Of a DNA stretch of 64,000 bases, positions 8,826 to 18,684 are shown piece by piece. How positions within the stretch are numbered: position 1 is the first letter of the stretch; each line of letters begins with the position of its first letter. Below the pieces are notes generated by a model. The model saw only the letters and a list, made by a program, of their open reading frames with translations, was not told where the DNA came from and made no database searches. The DNA is from a virus, in IMG/VR virus record IMGVR_UViG_3300031975_001631. One strand, given 5' to 3'. Both the position numbers and the translations under genes were made by a program.

Positions 8826-11800
8826 TTATTTATCCTTTAGGTCATCGACTTGTGAACTTAGGTCTTTGACTGCTTCAATAAGAAGAGGAATTAGTTTGTT
8901 ATAGTGGACACCTTTAGTGCCATCAGGTTTGGTAGATACTGCCTCAGGAAGAACTTTTTCAACATCTTGAGCGATAACGCCAACATCGTGACCCGTATAG
9001 CTCTTGTTACCTGCCTTCCAATCGTATTCAGTGCCACGAATCTGCAGAACCTTAGCGAGTGGATCTTCAAGTGTGGAAACATTTTCCTTCATAGAAAGGT
9101 CGGAAGTCTGACCATAGAATGCAACAATATCATCACATACATGGAGAGGACCACCACAATATGTAAATCCAGCACCACTCATGTATACATCACCAGAGAA
9201 TGTAGTAAAACCATTGAGGTTAACCTGTTTCTCAAATGTTACTGATGCAGTGTACTTAGTGTCAGTTGCAATAGCAACAGCAAATCCAGTTGCAGCATTA
9301 AGAACGAGATCACCAGATCCAGGAACTGTTGTAATTTCAGTCTTCTGAGTACCAACACCGACTAAGACATTGTTTAACTTAGCACCATTGGGGAACTCAC
9401 CAGTAATTTCAATAGAACCACCAAGCTCTACAGTTCCACTTGTAATTAAATCATCGGTGAAGTTAACATCATTAGAGAATGTTACTGGACCATCAAACTG
9501 AGATAGGATATTCTGTTGAGGACCACCTTCAACAATGATTCTCTGTCTAACAATAACTTCATCAAATACAACAGAGTTAGTAGATGCAGACTCACCAGTT
9601 ACAGTAGGAATAGGAATACCAAAGGATGATTCTTCACCACTAGAAGAGGAGATTCTCTTGTTACCAATGTAGAAGTCACCTTCGTTATTCAGACCAGTAT
9701 ATACAATTGAACCAGCTGATCTTTCCTGTGCCTGAGATAGATACTCCTCATCATCAGTCAGTGTTCTGTTCTGTACTTGAGGAAGACCGGTTGAATAGTT
9801 ACCGGGACCATATCCAAGATACTCAAATGTATGTCCAGATGCACGAAGAATAGAAGGACGACGCAACTCGATAGGCAATGGTGCAATCTTTCTAATCAAG
9901 GAACCAGAAAAATGTTCAGTGGGTAGAGTACCAAGTGAACCACGAATAACACGGAGACCATCATTACCACCACCGATTAGACCTGCCTCAGATACTCTCA
10001 TGATCTCAGCATCAATCTCAATATAGTCACCAAGTCTGAATCTTAGATCAGTACCAATACCAGCATTGGGGAGTTGCAGTCTTACCGTTGTTGTTGTATT
10101 GTCCAGTGCATCTTTAGTTACTGCATGTTCTCCATCATACAAATTAGTATATCTTGATCCAATAGCTTCTGATAAAGGTACAGATTGGTTGTTTCCATCA
10201 AATGCAAATTTATATACTCTATGTCCAGCAACAAAGTTAATATCATTAACTGTTGTAGATGTAAATGTAGTGACACCTGCAACGGTATTAACAATAAACT
10301 CACCAACTTTATTACTACTGGTATCAACAACTTTGAACTTAGCTCCTCTTTTCAAACCATGTGGAACTGATGTAGTGATTGTGGTCAATCCAGTGGCAAT
10401 ATCAAATTGAGTAGATGCAATAGAGACGGATGGAGTAACTCTATAAGCATATTGACCTGCAACAACAATAGGATCTCCAGATGTTACTGCGATAGCAATA
10501 CTATTCTTATCAGGTACGCTGGTAATTCTGAATAGTCCGTCGCTAGTTGTGCCGATGCCAGTGATATTTACAACATCACCGATACATGAAGAAATACCTG
10601 ATGTTGGGACACCAATAGTAGAACCTGGGAAGGTATCAATAGTTAATGTTTCTCCACCAGAATATGCTGATCCAGGTGCAAATACCTCTAGATCAGTAAT
10701 AGTGGTAGATCCAACACCAACTGTAACTGTAGCTGTAGCACCGTTCCAATCACTACCATCGAGTAACTTTACATTATATCTGGTAGTTGCAGCATATCCT
10801 GAGGAAGTGACCAAATTTTCATGAATCTTGAGTCCACTTAAGTCATGCTGATTTTCAAAAGTAATTGTACAAATACCAGCAGAGGGACTGGTGACACTAG
10901 ATACTGCGTAACCAACATTAAATGTTTTTAAAAACTTGTCAACTGTCTCTCTTGTTAATGAATTTGTCAAATCATTAACATCAACTTTACCTAAAGGTGA
11001 GCGCCTTGCAAATGATTGTGCAGCAGGTGCGTTGATTAGAATATTGTCTCTATCTTGTTGGGGATAGTAGTAAGTAACATTCTGTTCGTACTTCTTGGGA
11101 GTAAATTCCTGCGGTGGTGAATAATCAGCAGAAAGAAGTTCTAAGATATAAACACCGTCTTCTTGTCCAGTAAGATATGGCTCAACAACGGTACTACGAT
11201 ACAATGAGAAGTTTTTATTATTGTTATTGATTGAGAATCTAGGTAAGAATAGATTCCTAGTGTTACTGGTATCCACATGAGTACCAGTATTTCTCTCTAC
11301 ACCAGAGGTATCAGTTTTGGAATGATTGAACTGGTATCCATTAATCAAACCAGTTACAGCGAAATACCCATTATATCCCTTATCGGCAAGTCCACCAGTG
11401 TTATTTGAATCTTGAACATTCTCTACAAAAACAATATCCCCAACTTCGACTTGATGAGGAAGCTCAGTCGTAACAGTAACAACACCACCAGTCTCACTAA
11501 CACTAGAAATAAACTGATGATTTCTTCTGAAGTTATTATCCTCCAGAGTGATTGTAGTGGATGTAGGATCACTAGTCTTAGCAAATCCAGTGAGACTAGA
11601 GCTTTGAATGATGAAACCATTTACAGGGTCTCTAGAGTTCCCTGCCTCCTTAGGAATAACATATCTTACTTTATATAATTTGTCTTCAATACTTCTCTTA
11701 TCTTCAAATCTCTTGATAAAACCAATATTGGTTCCACTTCCATCTTCTAGGTTGATATTAGTTTGAATCTGAGGATAGATTGTATTACCATCCTCAACAT

Positions 11801-14060
11801 GCAAGAACCACTGTTCTTGATTAATGTCCCATTGAATTGGGTGTCCAATTTCACCAGTCTGCTTATCAGATACTGTACTCTTAACTCTTAGATCTTGTCC
11901 ACCATAGATTTCCAGAGCTACATTATTGATAGCGTTAGAGAATGTTGTAGCAATTTTAATCTCTGTAGGGGAATTTACAATGGCATAATAGATTTTATTG
12001 AACTGAAGACCTTCCGAAAGATCTCCACTATCACTAAAGATTCTGATCTTCTCACCAGTTACCAATCCAATGGCATCCGTTGTCAATGCAAAATTAGAAT
12101 TTGGTACACTAAGTTTACTTTCCTTGCTACCTGTTTGATCTCCCAGAATAGCTGTCGCTACACCGGTCAGAACATTTTCTGACATACGAACATCAGCATC
12201 ATATTCTGTACCGCCAATGGAGACATACAATTTCTCGTTCTTATTAGCACCAATTCTGAAACCTTGGGAGAGTGCTAGAGGTGGTTCATCCTGACGATCA
12301 AAACCGAAAATGTATAAGTGACTAGACAGACCAACATTCTTAGTCTTACTTACATCTAACTGATAGAAACTTACAGTATCAATTTTAGATGCTGATGTAT
12401 CTACATGCTGAGGTGTGGTGATATGAGTGATATATCCTTGGTCATCTCTGGGGAATGCTTCGGGTCTAAATCCATCAGCAAGTAGAGCAAACTGACCGAA
12501 GTTAGAGTTAGAGTTCGTGATAGATGCGTCAGCACCACTTTCACCAACAAAATGAGCATTATAACCAATAGCAAAAACAGAAACGACTTGAACAACGGCG
12601 TTTTCTGAGATCTTAATATGAGATTGTTCCCATCCTTGCCTATAAACTGCACCAGAGTCTAAGTGATAGACAGTAGTAGCATCTGTAGATGAAGATTCTG
12701 CTGCCAGTTGAGATCCAGAGACTTTCTGATATGTAATACCTTCATAAAGTCTTGACTGAGTATTATACTTAACAAATGCACGGTCATCCTTCTGCAATGA
12801 AATGCCCGTGAATTGAGCCACAACCATTGAACGGAAACCAGTAGCTTTACTGCCATCCGTGTGCATACCGTTCATGCCATAAACAGAACGCAATGAGATG
12901 TTGAAGATATAAGGAGATGCACCAGTTACAGTATCAGATTCAATGGTAACAACAGCACTTGTAATGTTAGATGGTGTCGCTGGTAGGTTATTGGGGAAGA
13001 CGGAAAGAGAATATGTAAATGTTGTTGAGTTTACAACAGACTGAACAAGAGTAGAAATATTATACTGAGATACATTAACTCCACTGATTTTAATTGGAGT
13101 ACCAGAACTGAGTCCATGTGCTTGTTCTGTGGTAACAGTAATCTGAGCTGTAGGATTTAATCCGTCACCAGAGATGATACTAGCAATCTCAAGAGGGTCA
13201 GTACCGAGAGCACCAACAATCTCATTTTCTTGGCGAACTGCTTCAAAGTCGCCCTGATTTTCAGGCCATTCGTATGAAATAGCACGACCAGATGCTTCTT
13301 GGAAAGCATATGTCAGCTTGTAATAATACATGCTGAGGTCAGTGATATCATAACCTTTGACATCATTCTTACCATCAGCATACTCAAAGCATGTCAGTTT
13401 GTGGTGAGAAAATGTTGGGAAAGATCTATTATCATCAGTAAATTGTTGATGATCGGTAAATACTAACCGGTCACCTACTCCATCAAACAGAGAGAACTGC
13501 CACATATAGCAGTTACCGGTAATTCTAAAGATGGCACTATTGGGAACATCATCATCTGTTGGGTTGGGGACATATAATGGTCTAATCTTAGTTTTACGAA
13601 GGTCAAGACCAACCAGAGATGTGCCCCTAGGGATAACAACACCACCATTGACCGAGTTGAATCTATAAAGCTGATTATTTTCTACAGTTAAGTCAAATTC
13701 ACTTGTTAAAGATAATGCAAATTCAGTTGTTCCTAAAGTTTCTGCACCAATAGGAGACACGCCTACGGCTCTAGTTGGATCACTGGGATCTTTTTTAATG
13801 GCAAATCCAGGACGATTATCAATAAAGTGATCGCCAGGGAACAACAGAATCGTTGTTTTATCGGTAATATCGTTATCGAATCCAGTCTGATACGAGAATC
13901 TTGCTGATTCTAATAGTGCTCGCTGAATTGTCTTAAAGGGTTTCGTTAATGAGTTACCCTGGTTCGTGATGCTATCTGTAGCATCAAGATCGTTAGGGTT
14001 CACATAAAGAATCTTACCCTCAGTATTCTTGATGAAATTCTCTAACTTATTAAGTGGCAT
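8826..14060 (-). CDS. Large tail fibre with C-terminal intramolecular chaperone (peptidase S74)
   Basis: C-terminus SDLSMKENV...YDWK...GVIAQDVEKVLPEAV...VHYNKLIPLLIEAVKDL coiled coil; MPLNKLENF N-terminus typical of cyanophage structural proteins. Confidence 0.85.
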   Translation of the reverse strand: MPLNKLENFIKNTEGKILYVNPNDLDATDSITNQGNSLTKPFKTIQRALLESARFSYQTGFDNDITDKTTILLFPGDHFIDNRPGFAIKKDPSDPTRAVGVSPIGAETLGTTEFALSLTSEFDLTVENNQLYRFNSVNGGVVIPRGTSLVGLDLRKTKIRPLYVPNPTDDDVPNSAIFRITGNCYMWQFSLFDGVGDRLVFTDHQQFTDDNRSFPTFSHHKLTCFEYADGKNDVKGYDITDLSMYYYKLTYAFQEASGRAISYEWPENQGDFEAVRQENEIVGALGTDPLEIASIISGDGLNPTAQITVTTEQAHGLSSGTPIKISGVNVSQYNISTLVQSVVNSTTFTYSLSVFPNNLPATPSNITSAVVTIESDTVTGASPYIFNISLRSVYGMNGMHTDGSKATGFRSMVVAQFTGISLQKDDRAFVKYNTQSRLYEGITYQKVSGSQLAAESSSTDATTVYHLDSGAVYRQGWEQSHIKISENAVVQVVSVFAIGYNAHFVGESGADASITNSNSNFGQFALLADGFRPEAFPRDDQGYITHITTPQHVDTSASKIDTVSFYQLDVSKTKNVGLSSHLYIFGFDRQDEPPLALSQGFRIGANKNEKLYVSIGGTEYDADVRMSENVLTGVATAILGDQTGSKESKLSVPNSNFALTTDAIGLVTGEKIRIFSDSGDLSEGLQFNKIYYAIVNSPTEIKIATTFSNAINNVALEIYGGQDLRVKSTVSDKQTGEIGHPIQWDINQEQWFLHVEDGNTIYPQIQTNINLEDGSGTNIGFIKRFEDKRSIEDKLYKVRYVIPKEAGNSRDPVNGFIIQSSSLTGFAKTSDPTSTTITLEDNNFRRNHQFISSVSETGGVVTVTTELPHQVEVGDIVFVENVQDSNNTGGLADKGYNGYFAVTGLINGYQFNHSKTDTSGVERNTGTHVDTSNTRNLFLPRFSINNNNKNFSLYRSTVVEPYLTGQEDGVYILELLSADYSPPQEFTPKKYEQNVTYYYPQQDRDNILINAPAAQSFARRSPLGKVDVNDLTNSLTRETVDKFLKTFNVGYAVSSVTSPSAGICTITFENQHDLSGLKIHENLVTSSGYAATTRYNVKLLDGSDWNGATATVTVGVGSTTITDLEVFAPGSAYSGGETLTIDTFPGSTIGVPTSGISSCIGDVVNITGIGTTSDGLFRITSVPDKNSIAIAVTSGDPIVVAGQYAYRVTPSVSIASTQFDIATGLTTITTSVPHGLKRGAKFKVVDTSSNKVGEFIVNTVAGVTTFTSTTVNDINFVAGHRVYKFAFDGNNQSVPLSEAIGSRYTNLYDGEHAVTKDALDNTTTTVRLQLPNAGIGTDLRFRLGDYIEIDAEIMRVSEAGLIGGGNDGLRVIRGSLGTLPTEHFSGSLIRKIAPLPIELRRPSILRASGHTFEYLGYGPGNYSTGLPQVQNRTLTDDEEYLSQAQERSAGSIVYTGLNNEGDFYIGNKRISSSSGEESSFGIPIPTVTGESASTNSVVFDEVIVRQRIIVEGGPQQNILSQFDGPVTFSNDVNFTDDLITSGTVELGGSIEITGEFPNGAKLNNVLVGVGTQKTEITTVPGSGDLVLNAATGFAVAIATDTKYTASVTFEKQVNLNGFTTFSGDVYMSGAGFTYCGGPLHVCDDIVAFYGQTSDLSMKENVSTLEDPLAKVLQIRGTEYDWKAGNKSYTGHDVGVIAQDVEKVLPEAVSTKPDGTKGVHYNKLIPLLIEAVKDLSSQVDDLKDK

Positions 14061-14092
14061 CTCTCTTCAGACTGAGAACTGTTTGCTCTGAC

Positions 14093-14107
14093 TATTTAGA
14101 CTAAATA
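14093..14107. promoter_or_regulatory. Back-to-back T4-type late promoters (CTAAATA on both strands)
   Basis: Perfect inverted repeat TATTTAG-A-CTAAATA between divergent genes 8826..14060(-) and 14111..14911(+). Confidence 0.7.
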
Positions 14108-14110
14108 TGA

Positions 14111-14911
14111 TTGGTCTTGTTATGTTCTATTGTGGATATACATCCAATACGAATACAAGAGATTAATATTCCCGAAGCACCAGCCTGGTTAACATCAGAT
14201 CCACCGGTAGCATTGCCTATCTATCCTCCTGTAACCACACAGATAGGAATACCAATTGTCAATATGCCAGGATGTGTTGAGTCTCACAGAGATAGTAGTG
14301 AGAATCAAACTCTGAAGGATGAGGATAAGGATGGTGTTCAAGTATTCTGTGATGCAGGAACTCCTAGCTTTAATCCTATTGATTATGATCCAAACAAACT
14401 AGAAATAACAACAGAGTCTCCACCACCCCCACCTATCAAATCTCCAGAAACTAAAAAACCAGAGACACCAAAGGCAGAGACAAATACCCCACCACCGCCT
14501 GCAAAGGTAGAGTGTCCTAGTAGAGCACAAGAATTAAAAAACCCTGTAGGAAAAATCCTAGAGGGTAATAAAAAGATTACTAAGTATGAGACAGTGGGAA
14601 AAGAATGTCTCCCTGTATTTGAAAATTTAAATATACCTGATCAGATCGTCCAGAACATACCATCACCAGGCTCTATAACTATTACCGCCTCAATTGCTGT
14701 AGTTGCGACGACCTCTGCGTTGCTCGCAAAACCTCTTGCTGATCTTTTGTTAAAAGTGGTGAAACCTGTAACGAAGAAGGTTGTGAAGAAGATTGCTGCC
14801 TTACGGGGTAAGAAGTCCCCGGTATTGTCTGTGTCTGAGAGGAAGGCGGAGCAACGGGATCGGAACCGGGCGATAAAGATTTTACGGTCGGCACTGAAAC
14901 CGAAGGGATAG
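14111..14911 (+). CDS. Conserved cyanophage hypothetical protein, Pro-rich linker, hydrophobic segment and basic C-terminus
   Basis: 266 aa ORF after a late promoter; PPPPP tracts; ITITASIAVVATTSALLA hydrophobic stretch; start could be slightly downstream. Confidence 0.7.
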   Translation: MVLLCSIVDIHPIRIQEINIPEAPAWLTSDPPVALPIYPPVTTQIGIPIVNMPGCVESHRDSSENQTLKDEDKDGVQVFCDAGTPSFNPIDYDPNKLEITTESPPPPPIKSPETKKPETPKAETNTPPPPAKVECPSRAQELKNPVGKILEGNKKITKYETVGKECLPVFENLNIPDQIVQNIPSPGSITITASIAVVATTSALLAKPLADLLLKVVKPVTKKVVKKIAALRGKKSPVLSVSERKAEQRDRNRAIKILRSALKPKG

Positions 14912-15690
14912 AGTGGCGATGTTGTGGAACTGCATTGACATTCATCACTACAACATCAGCACATATTTTTCTATAAGGGCTGCGTGGGTGAAAAGAAATT
15001 CCTGCCTTCATTAATTCTCCACAATTCTTCAAACGAGCAAGCTCAAAGTCCAATCTTTTATTGGCAAGTTGTTGTTTCATTAATGCAGTATTGGTATCTG
15101 CAGCTGCTTTACAACGCTCTTGTAATCCACCATCAAGTGGGAAAGAGAGTGTTGCAGATAAACCAATACTGGTACTATAATTTCTAGTGTCACCAGTTCT
15201 TACTGGTTTATCCCACAACTTAGAACCGGGATTATCTGGAATACCATCACCTTGCATTTCCATAACTGTGATAGTCATATCTTGACCATCTTCATATGCT
15301 CTTACTGTCTCACCATCTGAGTTTGTATATGTTTTATCATTGTAATGCGATTCCCAAGGCCAATTCTTTACATTCTTTTGAACTTCTACTAGTCTTCCAT
15401 CAAAATCTCTATTGTCATACTGAGGTTCATAGTAATGTGTCTCAAATGGATCCTTCTCATTACGAGCATGAGTAATGAATGGTGTGATATTAGCAGTCGG
15501 TCCTTGACATGCGATACCACCACCATATTGGTTGGTTATATATGGTCCTTGTAAGACCTGAATAGCTTGGTTGGTCACTGAGCCTGAGCTATTCGCGATT
15601 GGGTTTGCAGTTGCACTTACACCCCCTACATTGGCATGTGCAGGTGTTGTTAAGAATATTGCTGCTACTGCGTAAAGATACTTGTGGTGT
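14682..15690 (-). CDS. Secreted/outer-membrane-like conserved protein (signal peptide KYLYAVAAIFLTTPAHA); start codon unresolved
   Basis: Mature region ANVGGVSATANP...; ORF track extends to the ATG at 15956 inside the upstream gene; 15690 is only the approximate start of the signal-peptide N-region. Confidence 0.65.
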
Positions 15691-16159
15691 CGGTGACGCT
15701 GGTAACCTCTGTGACTCTTTGAATTACTGTTTGATTTGACACTCCTGGTCCGCTGTAAGTTTGGGTGAACTGAAAAGCCTCTCCAGGAGTTGTTATCTGA
15801 AAATTCTGATTGGATAGATTTAGAGCCGAGTTGGTGCTCGTTATCTGCCCTTCCGTACCCCCTAAAGGATTGACGATTACAGAATTTGTTGTTGGTGTTG
15901 GACTTAATGATTGACCACCACTGTCCACATTCGTTCCACTTACTGAATACTGCCATCCTGTTGCATAATCTATAGAGTTAATAGTTTCAGTCACCTTCGA
16001 TGTTGTCTCAGTGTGACTGGTCATTGAGCCCTGGGTGAAGTTTGGGACTACTGGAACTGCTTTTGCTTGCCCAGAAGACATCGCAATGAGAACAACAACG
16101 GCAAAAAGAGGTGCCTTTACAATTTGAGCAAAGACATCCCTTTTGATTAGGAAATCCAT
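15665..16159 (-). CDS. Secreted beta-rich Ser/Thr protein (signal peptide ...QAKA|VPVVPNF)
   Basis: Hydrophobic signal region with AxA cleavage site; shares YSVSGxNV and GEAFxF with the neighbouring gene. Confidence 0.75.
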   Translation of the reverse strand: MDFLIKRDVFAQIVKAPLFAVVVLIAMSSGQAKAVPVVPNFTQGSMTSHTETTSKVTETINSIDYATGWQYSVSGTNVDSGGQSLSPTPTTNSVIVNPLGGTEGQITSTNSALNLSNQNFQITTPGEAFQFTQTYSGPGVSNQTVIQRVTEVTSVTDTTSIFTQ

Positions 16160-16171
16160 AACTAAGTTCCA

Positions 16172-16675
16172 TTAATCAATTACCGTAATTTCACTTACAA
16201 ATTGACCAATTGCCGTACTGCCAGCTCCACCAGCCGTCACGGTTAGAGCACCCGAAGTACCTACAGTACCTGCTAGAGTTCCAGCAACACCCGCAGTGTA
16301 AGAAGTTACACTAGAGAAATTAGGAACATCACCTACAGTAGGAGCAGCAGTTGGGATTGCATCGCCTTGAAGGTAAGAGGTACTAAAGGAGAATGCTTCT
16401 CCGTTTGTTGCCGAAAGTTGATTTGCTGAAATAGTGCCAGGAGAATATACCCCACTGGTGATTGTGCCACTTGAAAGCATACCAGCAGTTGTTCCATCTG
16501 AGGTGCCAACATTTGAACCAGAGACACTATACTGAGACCCTAATCTTGTTGCTGAACTTCTAGCAGCATCAACAGTTAGTTGGACACTAGAAGACATTTT
16601 ATGAACTAATCCGCCAGCGTTTGCTACACTAGCGGTCATCAATAACATTCCAAAAGCTAGTAAAGCTTTCTTCAT
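16172..16675 (-). CDS. Secreted beta-rich Ser/Thr/Gly protein (MKKALLAFGMLLMTASVANA|GGL)
   Basis: Classic Sec signal peptide at ATG 16675; the longer ORF-track start overlaps the tRNA. Confidence 0.8.
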   Translation of the reverse strand: MKKALLAFGMLLMTASVANAGGLVHKMSSSVQLTVDAARSSATRLGSQYSVSGSNVGTSDGTTAGMLSSGTITSGVYSPGTISANQLSATNGEAFSFSTSYLQGDAIPTAAPTVGDVPNFSSVTSYTAGVAGTLAGTVGTSGALTVTAGGAGSTAIGQFVSEITVID

Positions 16676-16705
16676 TTTTTTGAATGTAGGTGAACCTACA
16701 ATATA

Positions 16706-16789
16706 TAGGAGTAGAGAGACTTGAACTCTCACGACCATGAGGTCAACAGATTTTAAGTCTGGTGCGTCTACCTATTCCGCCACACTCCC
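16706..16789 (-). tRNA. trnL: tRNA-Leu (anticodon UAA), CCA not encoded
   Basis: GGGAGTG/TACTCCT acceptor stem, D-loop TGGCGGAATAGGTAGACGC, anticodon loop CTTAAAA, long variable arm, T-loop GTTCAAG. Confidence 0.93.
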
Positions 16790-16797
16790 AAACCAAT

Positions 16798-17586
16798 TCA
16801 AATGTCATAGTAAAAGTATTGCCGACCGTATCTAGGGACATCAGTTAACCAACCATTCTTGGTAATCAGTCCACTTTGACTAGAAGTTCTAAACTTATTA
16901 ATCATAGTTTCATCTTCACCATCCCACTCCCATTGTGTGCATGCATCTACAGTTAGAATTGGAATTCCACATGAATATGATGTCATATGAAGAAATCCGT
17001 TATGCCACATATCGAAGGGAATAAAAGATGGATCATCTTCAGAAACCTTTGCACCATTTGTAGCATGAAAAATAATTGATACTTCAGGAATATCAGAATA
17101 TTCTGTGGTCAATGGCTTCCTACCTATTTCATGATATCCCCAAAAATCATTACATATCAAACTAGCAATATTTTGATTATAACCTATTTCAATTAGAGTA
17201 ATGGGATCCAGGATAGGATCTCTACCCAAACAATTTTCACCATCACAAACAAATGTCTTATTTGTTGATCCAACAAAATTTCCATAAGCATTATAATGTC
17301 TAATTTGATTTCTATTTACATTGCCAATAACCTCGTTTTCTTCAAAAAATGTTCCTAAATGTAAGTTTATCTTAGCATCTTTCTGTGCCTTTTCTACCTC
17401 TTTTAATGCATCAGCAAGTTCTTCCTTGTTGTAAGTCCATCCACTGTGATATCCAGACAAGGCACATTCTGGTGTCAATAGATGATCTACTTTATTTTCC
17501 TTTGCCCAATCAATAGATTTAAGAATCTCTTTTTTGTTATACTGAATATTTGTGGATACTGGAATTTGAGCAGCTGCAAATCTCAT
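16798..17586 (-). CDS. Carbon-nitrogen hydrolase (nitrilase superfamily)
   Basis: MRFAAAQ start; Glu-Lys-Cys triad in TPECALSGY, TNKT and LICNDFW. Confidence 0.88.
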   Translation of the reverse strand: MRFAAAQIPVSTNIQYNKKEILKSIDWAKENKVDHLLTPECALSGYHSGWTYNKEELADALKEVEKAQKDAKINLHLGTFFEENEVIGNVNRNQIRHYNAYGNFVGSTNKTFVCDGENCLGRDPILDPITLIEIGYNQNIASLICNDFWGYHEIGRKPLTTEYSDIPEVSIIFHATNGAKVSEDDPSFIPFDMWHNGFLHMTSYSCGIPILTVDACTQWEWDGEDETMINKFRTSSQSGLITKNGWLTDVPRYGRQYFYYDI

Positions 17587-17590
17587 AGTT

Positions 17591-17716
17591 TCAAGAGCCT
17601 TCTTCATGATTAGTGTACATTTCTTTTAGATCATTATCATCATCATCAGGAAACTCAAAGATTCCTGATGCATCATCTGTAGGTGGAATTTCTTTCTTCT
17701 CTTCAGGGTCTTGCAT
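17591..17716 (-). CDS. Small acidic peptide, 41 aa (MQDPEEKKEIPPTDDASGIFEFPDDDDNDLKEMYTNHEEGS)
   Basis: Hand translation; fills the gap between talC and the nitrilase with tight coupling to both. Confidence 0.55.
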   Translation of the reverse strand: MQDPEEKKEIPPTDDASGIFEFPDDDDNDLKEMYTNHEEGS

Positions 17717-18356
17717 TTTGTACAGCCTCCCAATCTTTGTCGAAGATTTCTAGACCTTTATCGGTCAGAATGTGATTATACATCTTTTCAAAGACTGATG
17801 GTGGCATTGTTACAACATCAGCACCATTATACCAAGACCGAACTGCACGATGAACTTCACGGATAGAAGCAGCAAGAACTTGGGTCTTCATACCATGAAT
17901 ACGATACAACTCTGAAATTGAACGAACAACTTCAAGACCAGCAATAGATTGATCATCAAGACGACCAACAAAAGGAGAAACATAAGTTGCTCCTGCTTTA
18001 GCTGCAAGGATACCTTGAGCAGCATTAAAGATCAAAGTAACATTTGTCCTGATACCTTTGCCAGAAAGATAATTACAAATCAAAAGACCCTCTGGGGTAC
18101 AGGGTAGTTTAATAGTGCAACAATCACCAAACTTTCCAGAAAGACGCAGTGCCTCAGAAGTCATCTCTTCTTGAGTGCCAACAACCTCCATACTGATATC
18201 TTTGATGCCAATATCACGAAGCTCTTCGTAAACCTTTTCAGGATCACGACCACTCTTCATAATCAAAGATGGATTAGTTGTTACCCCATCAATCAAACCC
18301 GTAAGGTAGTGTTTTTGGATTACTTTTGTGTCAGCTGTGTCAAGAAAGATCTTCAT
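17703..18356 (-). CDS. talC: Transaldolase (TalC/FSA family)
   Basis: MKIFLDTAD, GVTTNPSL, TIKLP, NVTLIF, YVSPFVGRLDD, LAASIR. Confidence 0.97.
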   Translation of the reverse strand: MKIFLDTADTKVIQKHYLTGLIDGVTTNPSLIMKSGRDPEKVYEELRDIGIKDISMEVVGTQEEMTSEALRLSGKFGDCCTIKLPCTPEGLLICNYLSGKGIRTNVTLIFNAAQGILAAKAGATYVSPFVGRLDDQSIAGLEVVRSISELYRIHGMKTQVLAASIREVHRAVRSWYNGADVVTMPPSVFEKMYNHILTDKGLEIFDKDWEAVQNARP

Positions 18357-18374
18357 AATCTGAGAAATACTGGT

Positions 18375-18614
18375 TTATTTAGCGGTAGTTACAATGGGAT
18401 CTACCCAAAGAATTGCTTCTTCAGGAAGAAATGCTTGACACATTTCAAGCACACGCATGAACTCATCAGGAGTATCACACTCTAGAGTTTTTGAATTATC
18501 CTTATCTGAGACACAGGCAAACCGACGCTTGCACATATCAACAACAACGCACTCGATGTATTCATCGTTTTGAGACTCAAAATGCTCGTCCGCAAAACTG
18601 TACTCGTCTGTCAT
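18375..18614 (-). CDS. Conserved cyanophage hypothetical protein (MTDEYSFADEH...)
   Basis: ORF track 18375..18731 trimmed to the ATG at 18614. Confidence 0.65.
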   Translation of the reverse strand: MTDEYSFADEHFESQNDEYIECVVVDMCKRRFACVSDKDNSKTLECDTPDEFMRVLEMCQAFLPEEAILWVDPIVTTAK

Positions 18615-18684
18615 TAGGATGACCTTGGTTACCTGAATATTATAGCAGGATATCCTCAGGTTGGGAAGATTACAGATCCAGTTT

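Noticed and set aside
6228-13000. Antisense and alternative-frame ORFs inside the large fibre genes
   Set aside because: Typical shadow ORFs of long genes with biased codon usage; no recognisable motifs
16676-16738. N-terminal extension of ORF 16172..16738
   Set aside because: Overlaps the tRNA-Leu gene; the signal peptide begins at ATG 16675
17591-17716. Second CP12 next to talC
   Set aside because: No Cys pair or CP12 motif; the true cp12 is at 22255..22482
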